Assembly (NCBI GenBank): GCA_017499595.2 | Contig: CM039001.1 | Coordinates: 1,612,001-1,676,000 of the forward strand | Reading direction: 5' to 3' | Source: Psilocybe cubensis | Lineage: Eukaryota | Length of the DNA stretch: 64,000 bases | In this document: positions 1-13,111 of the stretch, piece by piece | How the letters are laid out: every line of letters begins with the position of its first letter | Position numbering within the stretch: the stretch's first letter is position 1 | Made by a program: the position numbers and the translations under genes | The notes under the pieces: generated by a model | Databases searched by the model: none | What the model saw: only the letters and a program-made list of their open reading frames with translations | What the model was told of the DNA's origin: nothing

Positions 1-182
1 GCTTTGAAGAAGAGAAATTACAATCAAAGGGGGAAAAATGGAAATGACATATACATTTATCAAGAGAGAGCGCGAATCATAAGTAATAGTGTGAGGATGA
101 GGTGAATTTGATCAGATTTGGTCCAATGACAGCCTGACGGACCCGAAAGCTTAGCGAATCAGAACCGCCAGGTTGATTACCT

Positions 183-257
183 AAACCAAGCGATGTCTTT
201 TGAATTCTGTTCATCCTGCAAGCAATCAAAGCCCTAAAACGCAAACCAAGCGATGTC
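183..257 (+). repeat. 15-bp direct repeat AAACCAAGCGATGTC, two copies 60 bp apart
   Basis: Exact copies at 183-197 and 243-257, each containing an ATG. Confidence 0.85.
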
Positions 258-592
258 ATCGTCAACATCCACCTCGTCAACAGCGAGGCCGGTATATAAA
301 CAATTCCAGCAACCCCCACCTATAGATGAGAAGAGGAGGATTCCTGTGACCCCCGCAGTCTTGCGCTCTATCTTTGCCTCTTCGCGTTCTCCCCATGAGG
401 AACGCTCTATCTCCAGGATTGCTTTTTTTCGGTATTCATTCATTCATACTGGCTTCTGACCCATTTGTTTCTAATTTCTTTCCATGTATCCTTAGTTTTA
501 CAGGCTTTTTGATCAGTTGCATCGCCATTAGCTTTGCAGCTGCTCGAAACAGGGGCATCAAGGGAAGTGCAGCTTTATTGGGAGTAGTATGA
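253..592 (+). CDS. Small (91 aa) hypothetical protein with C-terminal hydrophobic segment, 2 exons
   Basis: ATG 253. A GT-AG intron at 432-495 joins ORF 253..459 to ORF 374..592 in frame (179+97 nt), giving ...SRIAFFR|FTGFLISCIAISFAAARNRGIKGSAALLGVV*. Confidence 0.6.
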
Positions 593-630
593 CAAGGTCC
601 TATGGAATCAAACTCATAGAAATATCCGAG

Positions 631-3600
631 TTACAACAAATCTACCAATTTTCGTCCAGGAGATATCACACCAATTACTTTGCTTGAGAGGTCAAACATA
701 CTTCCTCCTTCATAAACAACCAAGTCGGTTGTCTCGTCATCAATTCCACGGATACCAAGCAATTTCTCGAGGTTATTGGAAACAAGAGCGTATGCCTGGT
801 TCTTTGAGATCCTACCATTCGATTCTAGAGCGGCCTGTCAAAGCTAATCGTCAAAACTTTTATTCGCTCATGACAGTTATTTCGACATACCCATTCTGCG
901 TCAAAACGTGTATTACGAGCCTCCCATGCACCTCGTATCCCCAAACCAACCACGACCCCTTGTTCAACGAGCTTCACAAGTGCCGTATCGTTTGAAAGAG
1001 GGGGTCCTGGCAATCTATATTACTCCTTCAGATGCTAACATTTAGAATGCAGGCAGAGTGAGGTCTTACATTCTATTTTGATCCCATACCATAGGAATTG
1101 GCCTGGATGGGTTTAATATAACGCCAACACCAGCATCCCCTTCAGAATCAATGTGTATCAGATCTAGTTTGTCTATGTTAGACCGTGAACTTGCCGATTT
1201 CCTTTGCCAGAAGATGCGATTCTGCTGCACCGCTGAAAACCATTCTCATCCGCGAACCAATGTTGTCTTCGACATCTGTCTTTAGAATCAAAAGACTGGC
1301 CATGATATCTGCGCTATCCACTTCTATCACAAGAGGGACAACTCCCTGTTGTGGAGTCGATTAGCTCACTTCTTCGAGTCCTTGGGCTAAAATCTACCTC
1401 GGCAGCTTTCCTGAACCAAAAACCGGTTTCTTTATCTTGAGATTCCCAGCCGTACAACAGTCGCCTTAGACCAGCAATCTGGGTGCTCACGCTGACTCTT
1501 CTTTTTTCGGGGTGCGATTTACCTATGACAACATGCAACGCAGCTATATCTTGCACAATAGCCCCGCGTTGCATGGCGTGAAGCGAGCCAGTCCGGAACG
1601 AAGTCGACAGACCGGCTATTATGTGGGCATCTGGACCTGCCATATAGATTGGCTTCGCCAGAGACGAGGTAGCCAAAGTAACCCCCGCTCGATACGCCGT
1701 ACTACGATGCCGAATTAGCTTCACTCAATCATAAATACAGAGCACTCACAGAGAATCACGAGTTCCAAACATCAGTGCATCTACAGCTCGAACAATAGCG
1801 CCCGTATCGTCAAGGATTTTTGGGACGTCGCGCTTGAATGCGTCGTATGTTTCACCGTCTGTAGTCGATGCCTCTCCTGCAATTTCTCCCAGTCCCAACG
1901 GCGAACCGTATGTCATTAGTCCAGGGGCAATCGACCCGCCTTGCACGTCAACAATCCTCGAACTTTCACGTAAATCAGTATTGTTGCATACGCCCGCGCA
2001 AGTGATTACTCCATCCATGACGACAACAGAGCCCATTGCCATATCCTCCGATATGCTGTTGAAAGAGTGCGCAATCAATCCATTCTCTGATTTCCTCAAG
2101 ATCTCTTTTACATTGATAAATGCGACCTTGCCTTCTATTTTTCGGCCTTCAAGAGGTGGAAGACCATCCCATTTAATTGCATTGTCCCGTTCTTTATCCC
2201 AGTTTGGTGTCTCAGGCACTTGTCTCCACTCATCTCCCTCCTTGCCCTTTCCGACCTCTATGTGATTTTCTTCTCCTGTTTTAGGAGGCACAGGTATTTG
2301 CAAGATTCCATCAATCCACACATTGACGGGAGTTGCGCCTAGACGAAGAGGGTGGGAGTCCCATAATACAACATCTGCGTCGGAACCTTCCATTAGGATT
2401 CCGATGCGATGGGAAAGGCCTGCCGCAATAGCGGGCGTAGAAGTTACAGAGGCAAGTGCTAGGTGAGGTGGCAGGCCGAAATAATGGGCTTGTTGAGCTT
2501 CATACATCAAATAACGAGAATTGATGACTGGGTGGTCAGACTGCTTATAATCAGCACTGTCATTCGAGGTGACAGGTAATATATGTTTACTTTCATGATC
2601 ACTGGTATGCCTTCATCTGCCAGAACACGAGCCGCAAATTCCGAACCACGATATGCTTCTCTCTTGTACCTAGTTGGCCATCGTCAACATTTACGCCACG
2701 TAAGTCCTGAGCTCCATACCTGTAATTGGTTGCAAATAGGGCAATGGATGGAATGCCACCCCACCTAGATGTCGAACGTTGTCATTGTGGCCACTCCTGA
2801 AGAAACTAAAAGAGATTACATTCGTTTGAGGACTTTTGGAATTAACCAAGCCTCAGAAGCGTGGTGTAGAGTCGCTATCGAAAATTGGAATTCATTCGAC
2901 AACTATGCAGATACGCATTTGAGTCTAGTTGTTATTTGTCATGGAATAGTGCGACTCACTCGGACCATTGCGTCTAGATCGACAACTTCGTAACAGTGTG
3001 TAGATATCTAATCATAGTCAGTATTTCCCAGAGGAATTGAAATTGAAAATTCACTTTAACCCTGCCGCGCAAGACTTCAACAAGCATTTCCCACCTCAAA
3101 TCCTCTGGAAAAGGTCCTCCCAAAGTATGCCATAAACCTTGTTCTGCTTTGGAGCAATACTCGTCTTGAGCTAATTTGATTTTCATCGCTTCTGCATACG
3201 CAGATCTAAACGCCCACATCGTATCCATTCGATTACCATAACCCCTAAGGTTTTCACCACATGCTTGTCTAAAATCATCAGCTCTTCGACCTCAAACAAA
3301 AGTGGACAACCATACTTCATGTGTCTCCACCTAAATGGTGCCTGATTTTCTCTCCCCGGGAAAGGTCTATTCAACGCAAAGGGGGGTTCGAGAAGCATAG
3401 ACGACGTTGAACGTTCTGTGGTTTTTCTAAGCTTTATAAAAAAGGCTTGACCACCTGCTCTCAAAAGTAAATTGACGTTTTAATGAACAAATTGGGCACA
3501 ATGTACCAATGGCATTGCTACTTCCAGGCAATATCTGTGCGGAGGTGACTCCTCCAGCAATAGCTAATTGATATGCTTCATCATGAGTATTAAGACCATC

Positions 3601-4314
3601 AGCACTTCGCAGCCACGGTGCGACAGGCCCTTTCTGAGTATTCAAATCTACAGCGCCTAATACAGTGAAGAATACGTCAGGGCAGATAACGAGAGCAACA
3701 AATATGAATTTACCTCCGAGAATAGGAAGGCTCAGAACTCCAAGGTGACTGTGCAAATCAACTGCCATGTACAAATAAATCAATAATACGCATTTCTTAA
3801 AATTGGTCGTTACAGTACCAATTCCAGGGGTGATCCATGCACCACTAGCATTCACGACTGTAAGATTCGGAATATCATCAAGAACGCGACCGGAAATTTT
3901 CCCTATGCCTTTGATAATCCCTTTGTGAAGGAGAAGATCCCCGTGGATTATCTCCGTTCCGTTATCTTTTCCCGTGAAAATGACAGCATTTCGAATCCAA
4001 GTCGAATTCGTTCCGTCCTCAAACCGATCAGATTTCTCCCTTGAGCGAAAGCCAGCTGGAGGGCTCGGAATAACTTGGAGACTAGCGCAGCGCGAAAGAA
4101 TGTCCTTTTTCGATATCGCATCAGGTTCCAGTGGGTCGGTTAGCAAGGTCAATCTGTCATGACCTGTATCAGACTTAAGAGACCAAAAAAACGTTCCAAG
4201 AATAGTAGCAAAAGCTGCCAATATGATTGTTGAAGAGATCACGGAAAAGGGCGCATGAGCGATGGGCCGTACTCCTGCACTGGAGGACTCCAGACGATGT
4301 CGTTTGCTGTCCAT
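631..4314 (-). CDS. Membrane-anchored tandem amidohydrolase-domain protein (metal-dependent hydrolase), multi-exon
   Basis: MDSKRH start and N-terminal TM segment (IILAAFATILGTFFW). Motifs GAWITPG, VDLHSHLG, AIAGGVT...ILPGS, KSDHPV and GSDADVVLWDSHPL, then a second degenerate domain (DVQGGSIAPGL..., YRAGVT). Ends ...GRKLVDLL* at 631. Confidence 0.85.
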
Positions 4315-4850
4315 TGGGGTGTCTTGGAATATGTTGGACGCAGATTGGAAGTTGAAAGAACGAAAAGGTGTGAAGAGGTTGGCATGCGAGCCTTGCTTGT
4401 AAAGAAGCAAGGAACTCGAGGCGTACACGACGCAACAGAGAATAATGAAATACAGGTGTTTACCATCCTGCCCACACTCAAATTCAATAAAAAAAATGCC
4501 GCATGGAATGGGTCGCTTTTTACCTTCTAATCGGCTGCGATTCAGTCAGTAAGCAGAATAATCACTCATTGAAAGAAGAATTCATTTATTGGATCATGTT
4601 GGTAGATCTACAACATATCTGATCTACTTGTTGTCGATAGATGTTCAGGCGCATGGTGACGCGCTCATTCATCCAACATGTCAAAGGGCTATTCATGACG
4701 GCAGGCCTGTTCGTTTGACGAGGTTATATAACCGTGGTGAGTAACTCGGAGTGGAACAATATCCAATGAGCCCTCTGAGTGTAAGTCTCGAAAATGTTGA
4801 GCTCATGAAATATTTTATATATGACGTGTTGCCAAGTGCAATACCTCTCA

Positions 4851-7315
4851 TCAATCAGAATCACCTGAAGAACTGCTGCTAGACACAGATTCATGTGCAT
4901 TCGCATCTTTTGAAGATGAATCCTTGCTGCCTTCAACGGTGCCTGGACCAGTACTAGAGCCAGCATCGGGGAGATTGGTGTCAGGCTCATTGACAGCGGG
5001 AGCACTGGTTACTTTCCTCTCCTTACGCTTACGCGTAGATGGAGGCGGAGGCGCAGGAAGGTGAGCCTTTTTAACTCTGAGAATATCCATAATTTCTACA
5101 AGTGAATCAAAATGTTAGAACGACTGGAGTTAAGTTCGTCGAAAAATCAACTTGCCTTGATGTGTCATGTCTTCATAGCCTTTCACACCTTTCTTCATGG
5201 TTAGCCAACGTCGCTGTAAGGTATGTGCACTCCAAAGATTCCAGTCAGGATCAGGGATCACTTTCCAATCGATTTCTGTGTCATCTCTGACATTGAGAGA
5301 ATCAATTCTAAAAAAGGGGGGAAAGGGATCAAAAAGGACCCAAATGTATGCACAAGAGTAGAACGCACTTGTGGACGAGAATGAAAGCATCTTGTTGACC
5401 CCATCTGGGTTTCTGACCTTCATTTTTGACTCTTTTACTCAAGGCATCGGTCCTGGAGATATTGTTGAGTCTCATATCTGTAGGCAATGAAACGCATACA
5501 AACCATTTTATTCTGCATTGCTGACGACCGCGAGTTCCACCCATAAGTTCGCTTACTCGGCCCCAAAATACATCATTGTCTAAATCTCGACCTTGCTTTA
5601 TAGTCATGTCGGTAACAATTTGAATTAATTTGTCTTCTTCCTCTTTTGACCAATGACCTAGATGTTCCCTATAAATAAGGCAGCTTATGACACGGAAGAC
5701 CGAGGACCGACCAGTTATACGTATTTCACGACCATGTATGTGATTTCTGTATCGATCTCGACAGTCAGAAGCCATCCTTCCAACGCGATCACTTATTTTT
5801 TCCCACTGTTGACCGAGATCTGCTACTGCTCTAGAGTATATTAAGTAACTAGAAAGATCAAATGTGACTGTTTTCATACTGTTTCAAGGCTTCATCTTCT
5901 ACAGTACTCCACGTTCCTTGTTGCTTTAGGGGGTGATACGCTCGACGGACGTGGTGATATACAGCTATGATTGGCCGTAAAGGGACAGCAGCCGCTGAAA
6001 AAATCGATGTCGTAAGTACAAGTAATCATGACAACATTACCATTCTCACTTATTTCCGACCAAAATGCGTCATCTTTGCTGTTGCCATGTTTTAAGAATA
6101 TCTTATCGTTTAATTCTTGAAGAGTAAGTTGCTTTTCCTACATATATGCACGACATGATTAGCTTGCCAGTCTAAATCCAATCAAAACATGTACGAACAT
6201 GTGCATATTTGTGTATAGCTATTTTGAGTTGCTGCTCCTCAATGGCTGAAAATTTGCCCTTCTTGTATACCAGGCCTACACGGGTCAATACACATGTTAG
6301 ACCACTGGAAGCAATGCTGACCTTCATCTCGCACAAGTTCCGCCAACTTGTTCGGGTTTAACCATTTATTTGCAAGGATAAACGCGTGTTCTGGGTTGGT
6401 ATGTTGTTCGTTCCCAGGCAAACTCATATTAATCGTCCTTTTGTGTGCTAGATGTGATAGAGGTGGCGGGCCTTGACCTAACATTGGATCAGACGGCGGA
6501 GCATATTGGCCTGACGCTGCTGGAGGAAGCTGCATGAGATGGTTTGGCACATAGCTGAGAGGTGTTGGATTTTGGTTGTTATTGGAGGCCGAAGTTTCTC
6601 CTAGATTCTTCAAAACGCTGGCAATCTTACTCATATCCAGATCTTGCAGAGCGCGCAAAAGATCTTCGTTCGAACCAAAAGTGAGCTCGGAGAAAGCTGC
6701 ACCACCTCCAGTTCCAACCGGAACAGGGAACAAGCTGGAAAGCTGGCCATTTGGATCGAAGCCGGGAGGAGGGGGTTGTTGAGGATAACCAAACGGTGGC
6801 TGCATGGGGGGATACGGCATAAACTGCTGACCTGGAGATGGAACCATTTGCGGATGGTATGGCGGGGGTACAGGGGGCTGCATAGGCTCAGGATTCGTGA
6901 CAGAAGCAGCGACTATGGCAGAAAGAAGCGCTGCAGCGGACGCTTGGGAATTTGCCTCGATCTCCGCATCCGTTTGTTCTGAGAGAGAGGTTGCCTTTGA
7001 TTTGCCCTTGTCTTTTTTCTTTTTCTTGGGCTTTGCGGACGCCTCTGGTTCTGCAGATAGGTTGTCTGGAGACGCGACTGCCGATGATTGTTCGGGAGTG
7101 AGTGCAGCGTCTATCTCGGCGTGCGCGTGTTTGCGTTTCTTCTGTTTCTCCTGTGGATGGGGGAGAAACTCCTGGTCTTCAATGTGGCTGTCGTCTTCAT
7201 GTGGGCGCTTGTTCTTCTTTTTCTTTTTCTTTTCGCGGTGTAATGACGACTCTGCATTGATCGCGGACGGATCGATGCCGAATGCGTCCATTGAGAAAGG
7301 AGGGGCTGACAGCAT
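4851..7315 (-). CDS. Myb-repeat DNA-binding protein of the Reb1/Nsi1/DMTF1 (Pol I terminator-like) family
   Basis: Myb repeats (LGQQWEKISDRVGRMASDCRDRYRN; GHWSKEEEDKL...FWGRVSELMGGTRGRQQCRIKW) and EIDWKVI...RRW, with a Lys-rich, low-complexity N-terminus. The start may be 7315 or 7291. Confidence 0.8.
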
Positions 7316-7412
7316 TAGGGTGGGCTCAAGAGAGTTTAAAAAATTCCACGACGAGAGAACGCGTGTGACACAAGTCACACCACTCAAAGTCTAACACAGG
7401 TCGTACATACAC

Positions 7413-8129
7413 TCAGTCCTCCTCAAACCAGCGTTCTTCCGCATCTCTCTCGTCTTCCACGTCCAGTGTCTCGTCCCAGTCTACACCGTCGTAGTCGATG
7501 TTCTGCACATCCATCAGCTATGTTCTCAATCTTCGTCTGGACTAACGTACATCCAAAAGCCCATGTATGAAGCTCTCCCGCAGCAATCGCTCAAACGACG
7601 CCCTCGCTTGTTCTGCCGTTTCTACTTCAGGGGGCACGTCCTCGTCGCTGTCTTCCTCGGGCACAAAGTCATCCTCGACAGCATCTCTGTTGTTCCTTCG
7701 TATCTCACGCACGCGCTCCGCCTCCCGTTCTTCCTCATATCCAGCCAGCAGGTTCCCTAGTTTTCCAACGTGTTGTTTGCTGCCGTGCAAAAAGTCTTTT
7801 TGCGCCCAAGATCGTTCCTCGTTGCCTTCTTCTACTCCGCGACGTTCACGCCCTTGCCAGAGATTTGGCCACGTGCTTCGTCCTGCATCAAAACTCAACT
7901 CAGGCGGGTTCTTATTGACATATTGCAATCGTCTGTTTCGAATGGATGTTATCACAGATCGCTGCTTGGGGGTGGTGATGTAACTATAATGCAGTAAAAG
8001 ATGCGGAGGTAGATGAGTTAGATATTGACTAAGAAATGCAATCGGATCGCGCTCTGGAGATGGTTCAAAACTCTCTGCAAGTCCAAGATATTTAAGGGAA
8101 GGATTTTTGTCGAACACTGGTGCAGGCAT
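7413..8129 (-). CDS. CCDC97-like (DUF2052) coiled-coil protein
   Basis: IRNRRL motif, FERLLRESFIHGLL and a terminal exon IDYDGVDWDETLDVEDERDAEERWFEED*. Confidence 0.75.
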
Positions 8130-8393
8130 TTGGGTTTCAGGAGAGAGTCGACAATGAGACGCGACATGTCACAGATTGCGTGACTCGCCTCTACTGATAA
8201 GATCTCACGTGATTCCTGGATCAAAAGTCTTCCTCGTGATTGGCTCATTGGCACCTTTAGATCTAATGTGTTTACCGTTGCATGCCCTTCCAATCTTCAT
8301 CTCTTTGCACTAACTTTACCCGGAATCTACTGATTTATCAAACAGACAGTCTATATTTTAATTATATACTTTATTGAAGGGCGCTGGCCAACG

Positions 8394-9966
8394 ATGAAGT
8401 TGATCAACAAATTCATAGATAAACATGGCGCAGTGCGTGCATAGCAGTACCTCAATCAGTATTGGACGGATTCTGACAGAATGTCTAGGGACATGTAACT
8501 CTCCGTCCAGAAGATGACGAGGACATGTGGCATCTTTATAATCTGATACAAAACGATGATTTTGTTCGCTCATCTGCCATCCGGTACGCCATTTGCTGAG
8601 AATGATCATGTGTGGTTACAGACTCAACTCGAGGTCAGAGGTGTTAAGACGGTGTCATCAACTGGATCAACAGAGTCGCACCGCGTCCGGCTCAACCTCA
8701 CTATTCAGGTCAAGCGCGTTGATTTTGCGGCTGGGGGAGCACCGTCGAATCAAGAAAGTGGCGCCAAGGATGAAGATGTTTCGACTGCCTCTCTGCACGT
8801 TTCTGGACCCGTAACGTCTGAAAATCCGCATGTAAAACTTGGCGCCCACCATACCCTTGACCTAGAAGCCAACCGCGACGTACGAATCGAGAAATACGGA
8901 GGCTGGGACAGTGTGGCTATTGCTCGAGTGGAGGAGTCCATCATTCCCGGAAAGGGTGCTGAAGTCGCTGCTATTGTGTGTGGAGAAGGGGTCGCCGCAT
9001 TTTGTCTCCTCTCACAGCATATGACATTGGTGACACATCGATTGAATGTCCAAATACCTCGTAAATCGTCTTCTGGAGCGTCTCAGCACGACAAAGGTCT
9101 AGGAAAGTTCTACAGCGCCTTGTATGAGTCTTTCTTGAGGCACATTCCTTATGCCAACGTAGCTCTTCGAGCCATTGTTATCGCCAGCCCAGGATGGGTG
9201 AGGGACGCTGTTTACGACTTTATGATCAGCGAGGCGACAAAAAGAGGCGACAAGGTGCTGTTGAAGGCGCTCAAGGAGAAATGTCTCAAGGTTCATATAA
9301 GCAGTCCACATGTCCACAGTCTCGTGGAGGTCCTGAAGAGCCCAGAGGTGAGAAACCTTGTTCTACAAAACCAATCATTGTGCCTCATAACAGATTAGGT
9401 CACCAGTCAACTCAAAGAAACAAAATTTGCCCGGGAAGGAGTCGCCCTTGACAGGTAATGTAATCGTAGATATCACAACTATAATGCTGATAAACGGACA
9501 GATTTTTCAAAATGTTGGGAAACGATGAATTGAGAGCATGGTATGGTCCAGATCATGTTTGTCTAGCAGCAGATCGAGGAGCTATTGGTACACTGTTGAT
9601 TTCGGACGATCTTTTTCGGTATGTATACACCCAAGTGTCTGCTTCACTGATTTGATGTTATTGTCGATGTAGATCAAGCGATCCTGCAACGCGAAAAAAA
9701 TACGTCGATGTCGTTGAAGCGGTACAACAAAAGGGTGGCGAGGTAGTAATATTTTCAAGCATGCATGAATCGGGCCAACGTGAGTTCCGTGCTTTGTGTG
9801 TTGACAAATAAGCTCACTGAGTAACAACCTAGAACTAAACCAACTTACTGGAATTGCTGCGATATTAACATTCCCGCTGGACGTCGAAGTAGTCGAAGCT
9901 GAAGAACGAGAGGCCGCAGAGGAAGAAGTTCGAAGACAGCAAGAAACAGAATCTACAGATCCATGA
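8394..9966 (+). CDS. DOM34: Pelota/Dom34 ribosome rescue factor (eRF1 family)
   Basis: [74 protein letters not shown]. Confidence 0.95.
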
Positions 9967-10059
9967 TGTCATCTTTTCAATTAATCAAGTGTTCACCAAC
10001 ACGTGATCTTCTCGATCGTCTCCCCCTATCGTGAGGTGTTCAACCGCTTTATACTCAGC

Positions 10060-12376
10060 ATGCTCCGCGTTCAAAACTTTTATCGCCCATCTACACACCT
10101 ATTTTGTATGGCTAAACGTCCCCTCTCTCCAGCTGCCTCAGACTCGTATGCGCGTGTTGCAAAGCGCCCCAATTCGTCCAAATCATTTAATCCCATCAAA
10201 ATAGCCACCGCCGAGGCTGCTGCTGCAGTTGATGCTAATACGCCCTTTTCACAACTAACAAAATTGTTAAAAGATAGTGTAAGACATTCACTCGATGGAA
10301 AATCTGTTGTTTACTGGATGCGAATGAACGACCTCAGACGTGAGTTGCCCAGAATCACCGTGTCTGGTATCTGACCTTCATTTTCGGCTTTACTCAACTA
10401 GTTCTTGACAATAAAGCCCTCAGTAGGGCATCGGTACAAGCTCGTAAAGTCGGAGTTCCTTTGATTGTTCTATTTGTTATCAGCCCTCAAGATTACATCG
10501 CACATGATAGAAGTGCACGAAGGGTGGATTTTTTACTCCGCAATCTTGCTATCTTGAAAGTGAGACATTATCTTAAATGGTCTTCGAGTGGTACTAAAAT
10601 TTTATTCAGGAATCTTTCTCTGAACTTCATATTCCATTTCATGTTGTCGTCCATACGCCAAGAAAGACAATCCCCCAATTTATTGTATCATTTTGTGAAG
10701 AACATGGTTCCAAAGCCCTATATGCCAACATGGAATATGAGGTCGATGAACTTCGCCGAGACATACAAACGTCCCAACTCGCTTTCCCAAAAGATATTCG
10801 AGTCGAATTTTTGCACGATAAATGCATTATAGAACCAGGCGTTATTATTACGAAGCAAGAAAAAGCATACACGGTAAGTGTATTCCCATTCTCTGAGATA
10901 GTCAATATATTTATGTATATTTTTCCTCATCGTAGGTATACTCACCGTACCAAAAGAATTGGATTGCAACAGTCAATGCCAATCTACCTTTCTATTTGGA
11001 AGATTGCTCGTCCCCAGTAGCAAATGAACCATCTGTCCGGGCATTAAAATCCCTCGGCCCACTTTTTGAATCGCAAATACCAAAGTTTATCGTTGGTTTT
11101 GAGCTTACCGAGCAAGATAGAGACAAAATGAAGGAGGTATGGCCAGCTGGTGAAATTTCTGCTGCAAATGTGCGTGGCAATTGGTTTCGTTGCTTTTTGT
11201 CGAGCTCATGATTTGATTAGGTTCTTGAGAGATTTTTGACCACGAAGAAGCGATCTTCACAGTTGGGCGGGGTCGATCCGCTCGCTTCAGGACCGGTCGC
11301 ATGTCCTAAACATAACAGGATAGCGAAATATGGAAACGAGAGAGATAGAATTGACAGTGATACAACGAGTCGGTTGAGGTACGTGTCTTAGGATTGCCAT
11401 CATCCGATATCACCTCACGAAATCATGCAGTGCCTACTTGACTTCTGGGATCATTTCAGCAAGGCAATGTGCCCGAGCTATTATGCTTCTCACCAACGCG
11501 AAAAAGGTTGAAAGTGACAAAACCTCTGGGATCGGACGGTGGCTCCAAGAAATTGCTTGGCGTGACTTCTATGTAAACATATTGGTTTTCTTCCCTCGAG
11601 TTTCGATGGGTCGACCCTTTATCGAAAAGTTTTCCAAGATCGTTTGGGAAGACCATCAAGTTCCAAGTGATTTTGCCATTGGGCAAGGCGGTAACATTTC
11701 AGGCGACTCCGAAAATCTCCAACGATGGAAGACGGGTATGACTGGGGTTCCTATTGTGGACGCATCAATGAGGTGCTTAAACGAGATGGGTTGGATGCAC
11801 AACAGAGCGAGAATGATAACCGCGATGTATCTAACTAAAGATCTTATGATAGACTGGAGAGTTGGCGAGCGGGTAAGTTTGCCACTAGTCTGTAAATGTG
11901 GGATCAGATGGCTAATGATTGGACCAATCAGTACTTCATGGAGATGCTCATAGATGGTGATTTGTCGTCTAACAATGGCGGATGGCAGTGGAGCGCAAGT
12001 ACAGGGGTTGATCCGTGCCCGTATTTCCGGATTTTTAATCCGTACACACAGAGTGCCAAAGTGAGCAATTTACTTCGTTCGACTCGACGCAACTTTTTTA
12101 ATGCAACTGTTTATCAGGTGGACCAAACGGGTGATTTTATTCGACATTGGATTCCAGAGTTGCGCAAAGTGAGGGGTCCTGGTGCGTCCTTTTTTGTGTC
12201 CCATTGTTAGGGACCCATTGTTGCCGCACGATTCATTGACCTTGAGAGTATACCTAGAATTGCATAACCCCAGTGCCTCTCTTGCAAGCAAACTTGGATA
12301 CCCTCTGCCTATTATTGCGCACAATGAGGCAAGACAGAGAGCGTTGCGACGGTACAAAAACCCTGGAGAGGAATAA
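10060..12376 (+). CDS. PHR1: Class I CPD DNA photolyase
   Basis: [63 protein letters not shown]. Two in-frame ATGs at 10060 and 10108. Confidence 0.92.
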
Positions 12377-12640
12377 TTTGCGTACAGCATTGTTATTATT
12401 GTTGTGTGGCAGTGTTGTTTGGTTGATAGTGCGTTGCCAAATAAACCATTCAGAAATGCAGTGTACAAACAAGTACGATTGGTTACTAGCCGATTAATGT
12501 GGCGCAAATCCGTAGTTCCCTTGACAACGATATTTGGCCCCGCCAATCTTCTCTGTCAACGACAAACACATTCCGAAATGGGCAATTCTCGACGACAAAA
12601 CTTGGATTGTTCTTGGACATTCATTGTAGCATAGGCCAGG

Positions 12641-12646
12641 TATAAA
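12641..12646 (+). promoter_or_regulatory. TATA box upstream of the Ser-rich small ORF
   Basis: TATAAA followed by a pyrimidine-rich leader leading to ATG 12842. Confidence 0.5.
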
Positions 12647-12841
12647 CTCCGCCGCCTGTGGTCTCCAATCCCCAGCATCTCACTCGGTTGACTGCTCACC
12701 CCTCGTTTCTATTCCATCCAGTCTCTTTTATCCTCCAAATCAACGGTACCTTGTAGAAAGCACTTTGATTAGTTGCTCTATCTCATCGTCCAACAACACC
12801 CACGCCCTCACACCCTTTCTTTCACTGTCACCACTCACAAC

Positions 12842-13111
12842 ATGTCCTACTCTTCTTCTGCCATGTCATACTCCTTCATCCATACCGCGTCTTCAACCCC
12901 ATCCTTCAACCTCTTTATCCCATCCTCGGCCTCGGCCTCGCGTGAAATGCACGAGACCTACACAGAGTTTGGGCTCGTCCTCCGCCCTTCGAACAAGCAG
13001 AGACAGACTACCTCATCCAACGGATCAATCAAGTCCTCCAAGTCGTCCGTATCTTCGCCCTCTACCAGGTCCAAGCCGTCGTCTCTCAAGAAGTGGTTTG
13101 GTGGTTACTAA
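12842..13111 (+). CDS. Small intronless Ser-rich hypothetical protein (89 aa)
   Basis: ATG in CAACATG context, C-ending codon bias, upstream TATA, ends SSLKKWFGGY*. Confidence 0.7.
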   Translation: MSYSSSAMSYSFIHTASSTPSFNLFIPSSASASREMHETYTEFGLVLRPSNKQRQTTSSNGSIKSSKSSVSSPSTRSKPSSLKKWFGGY

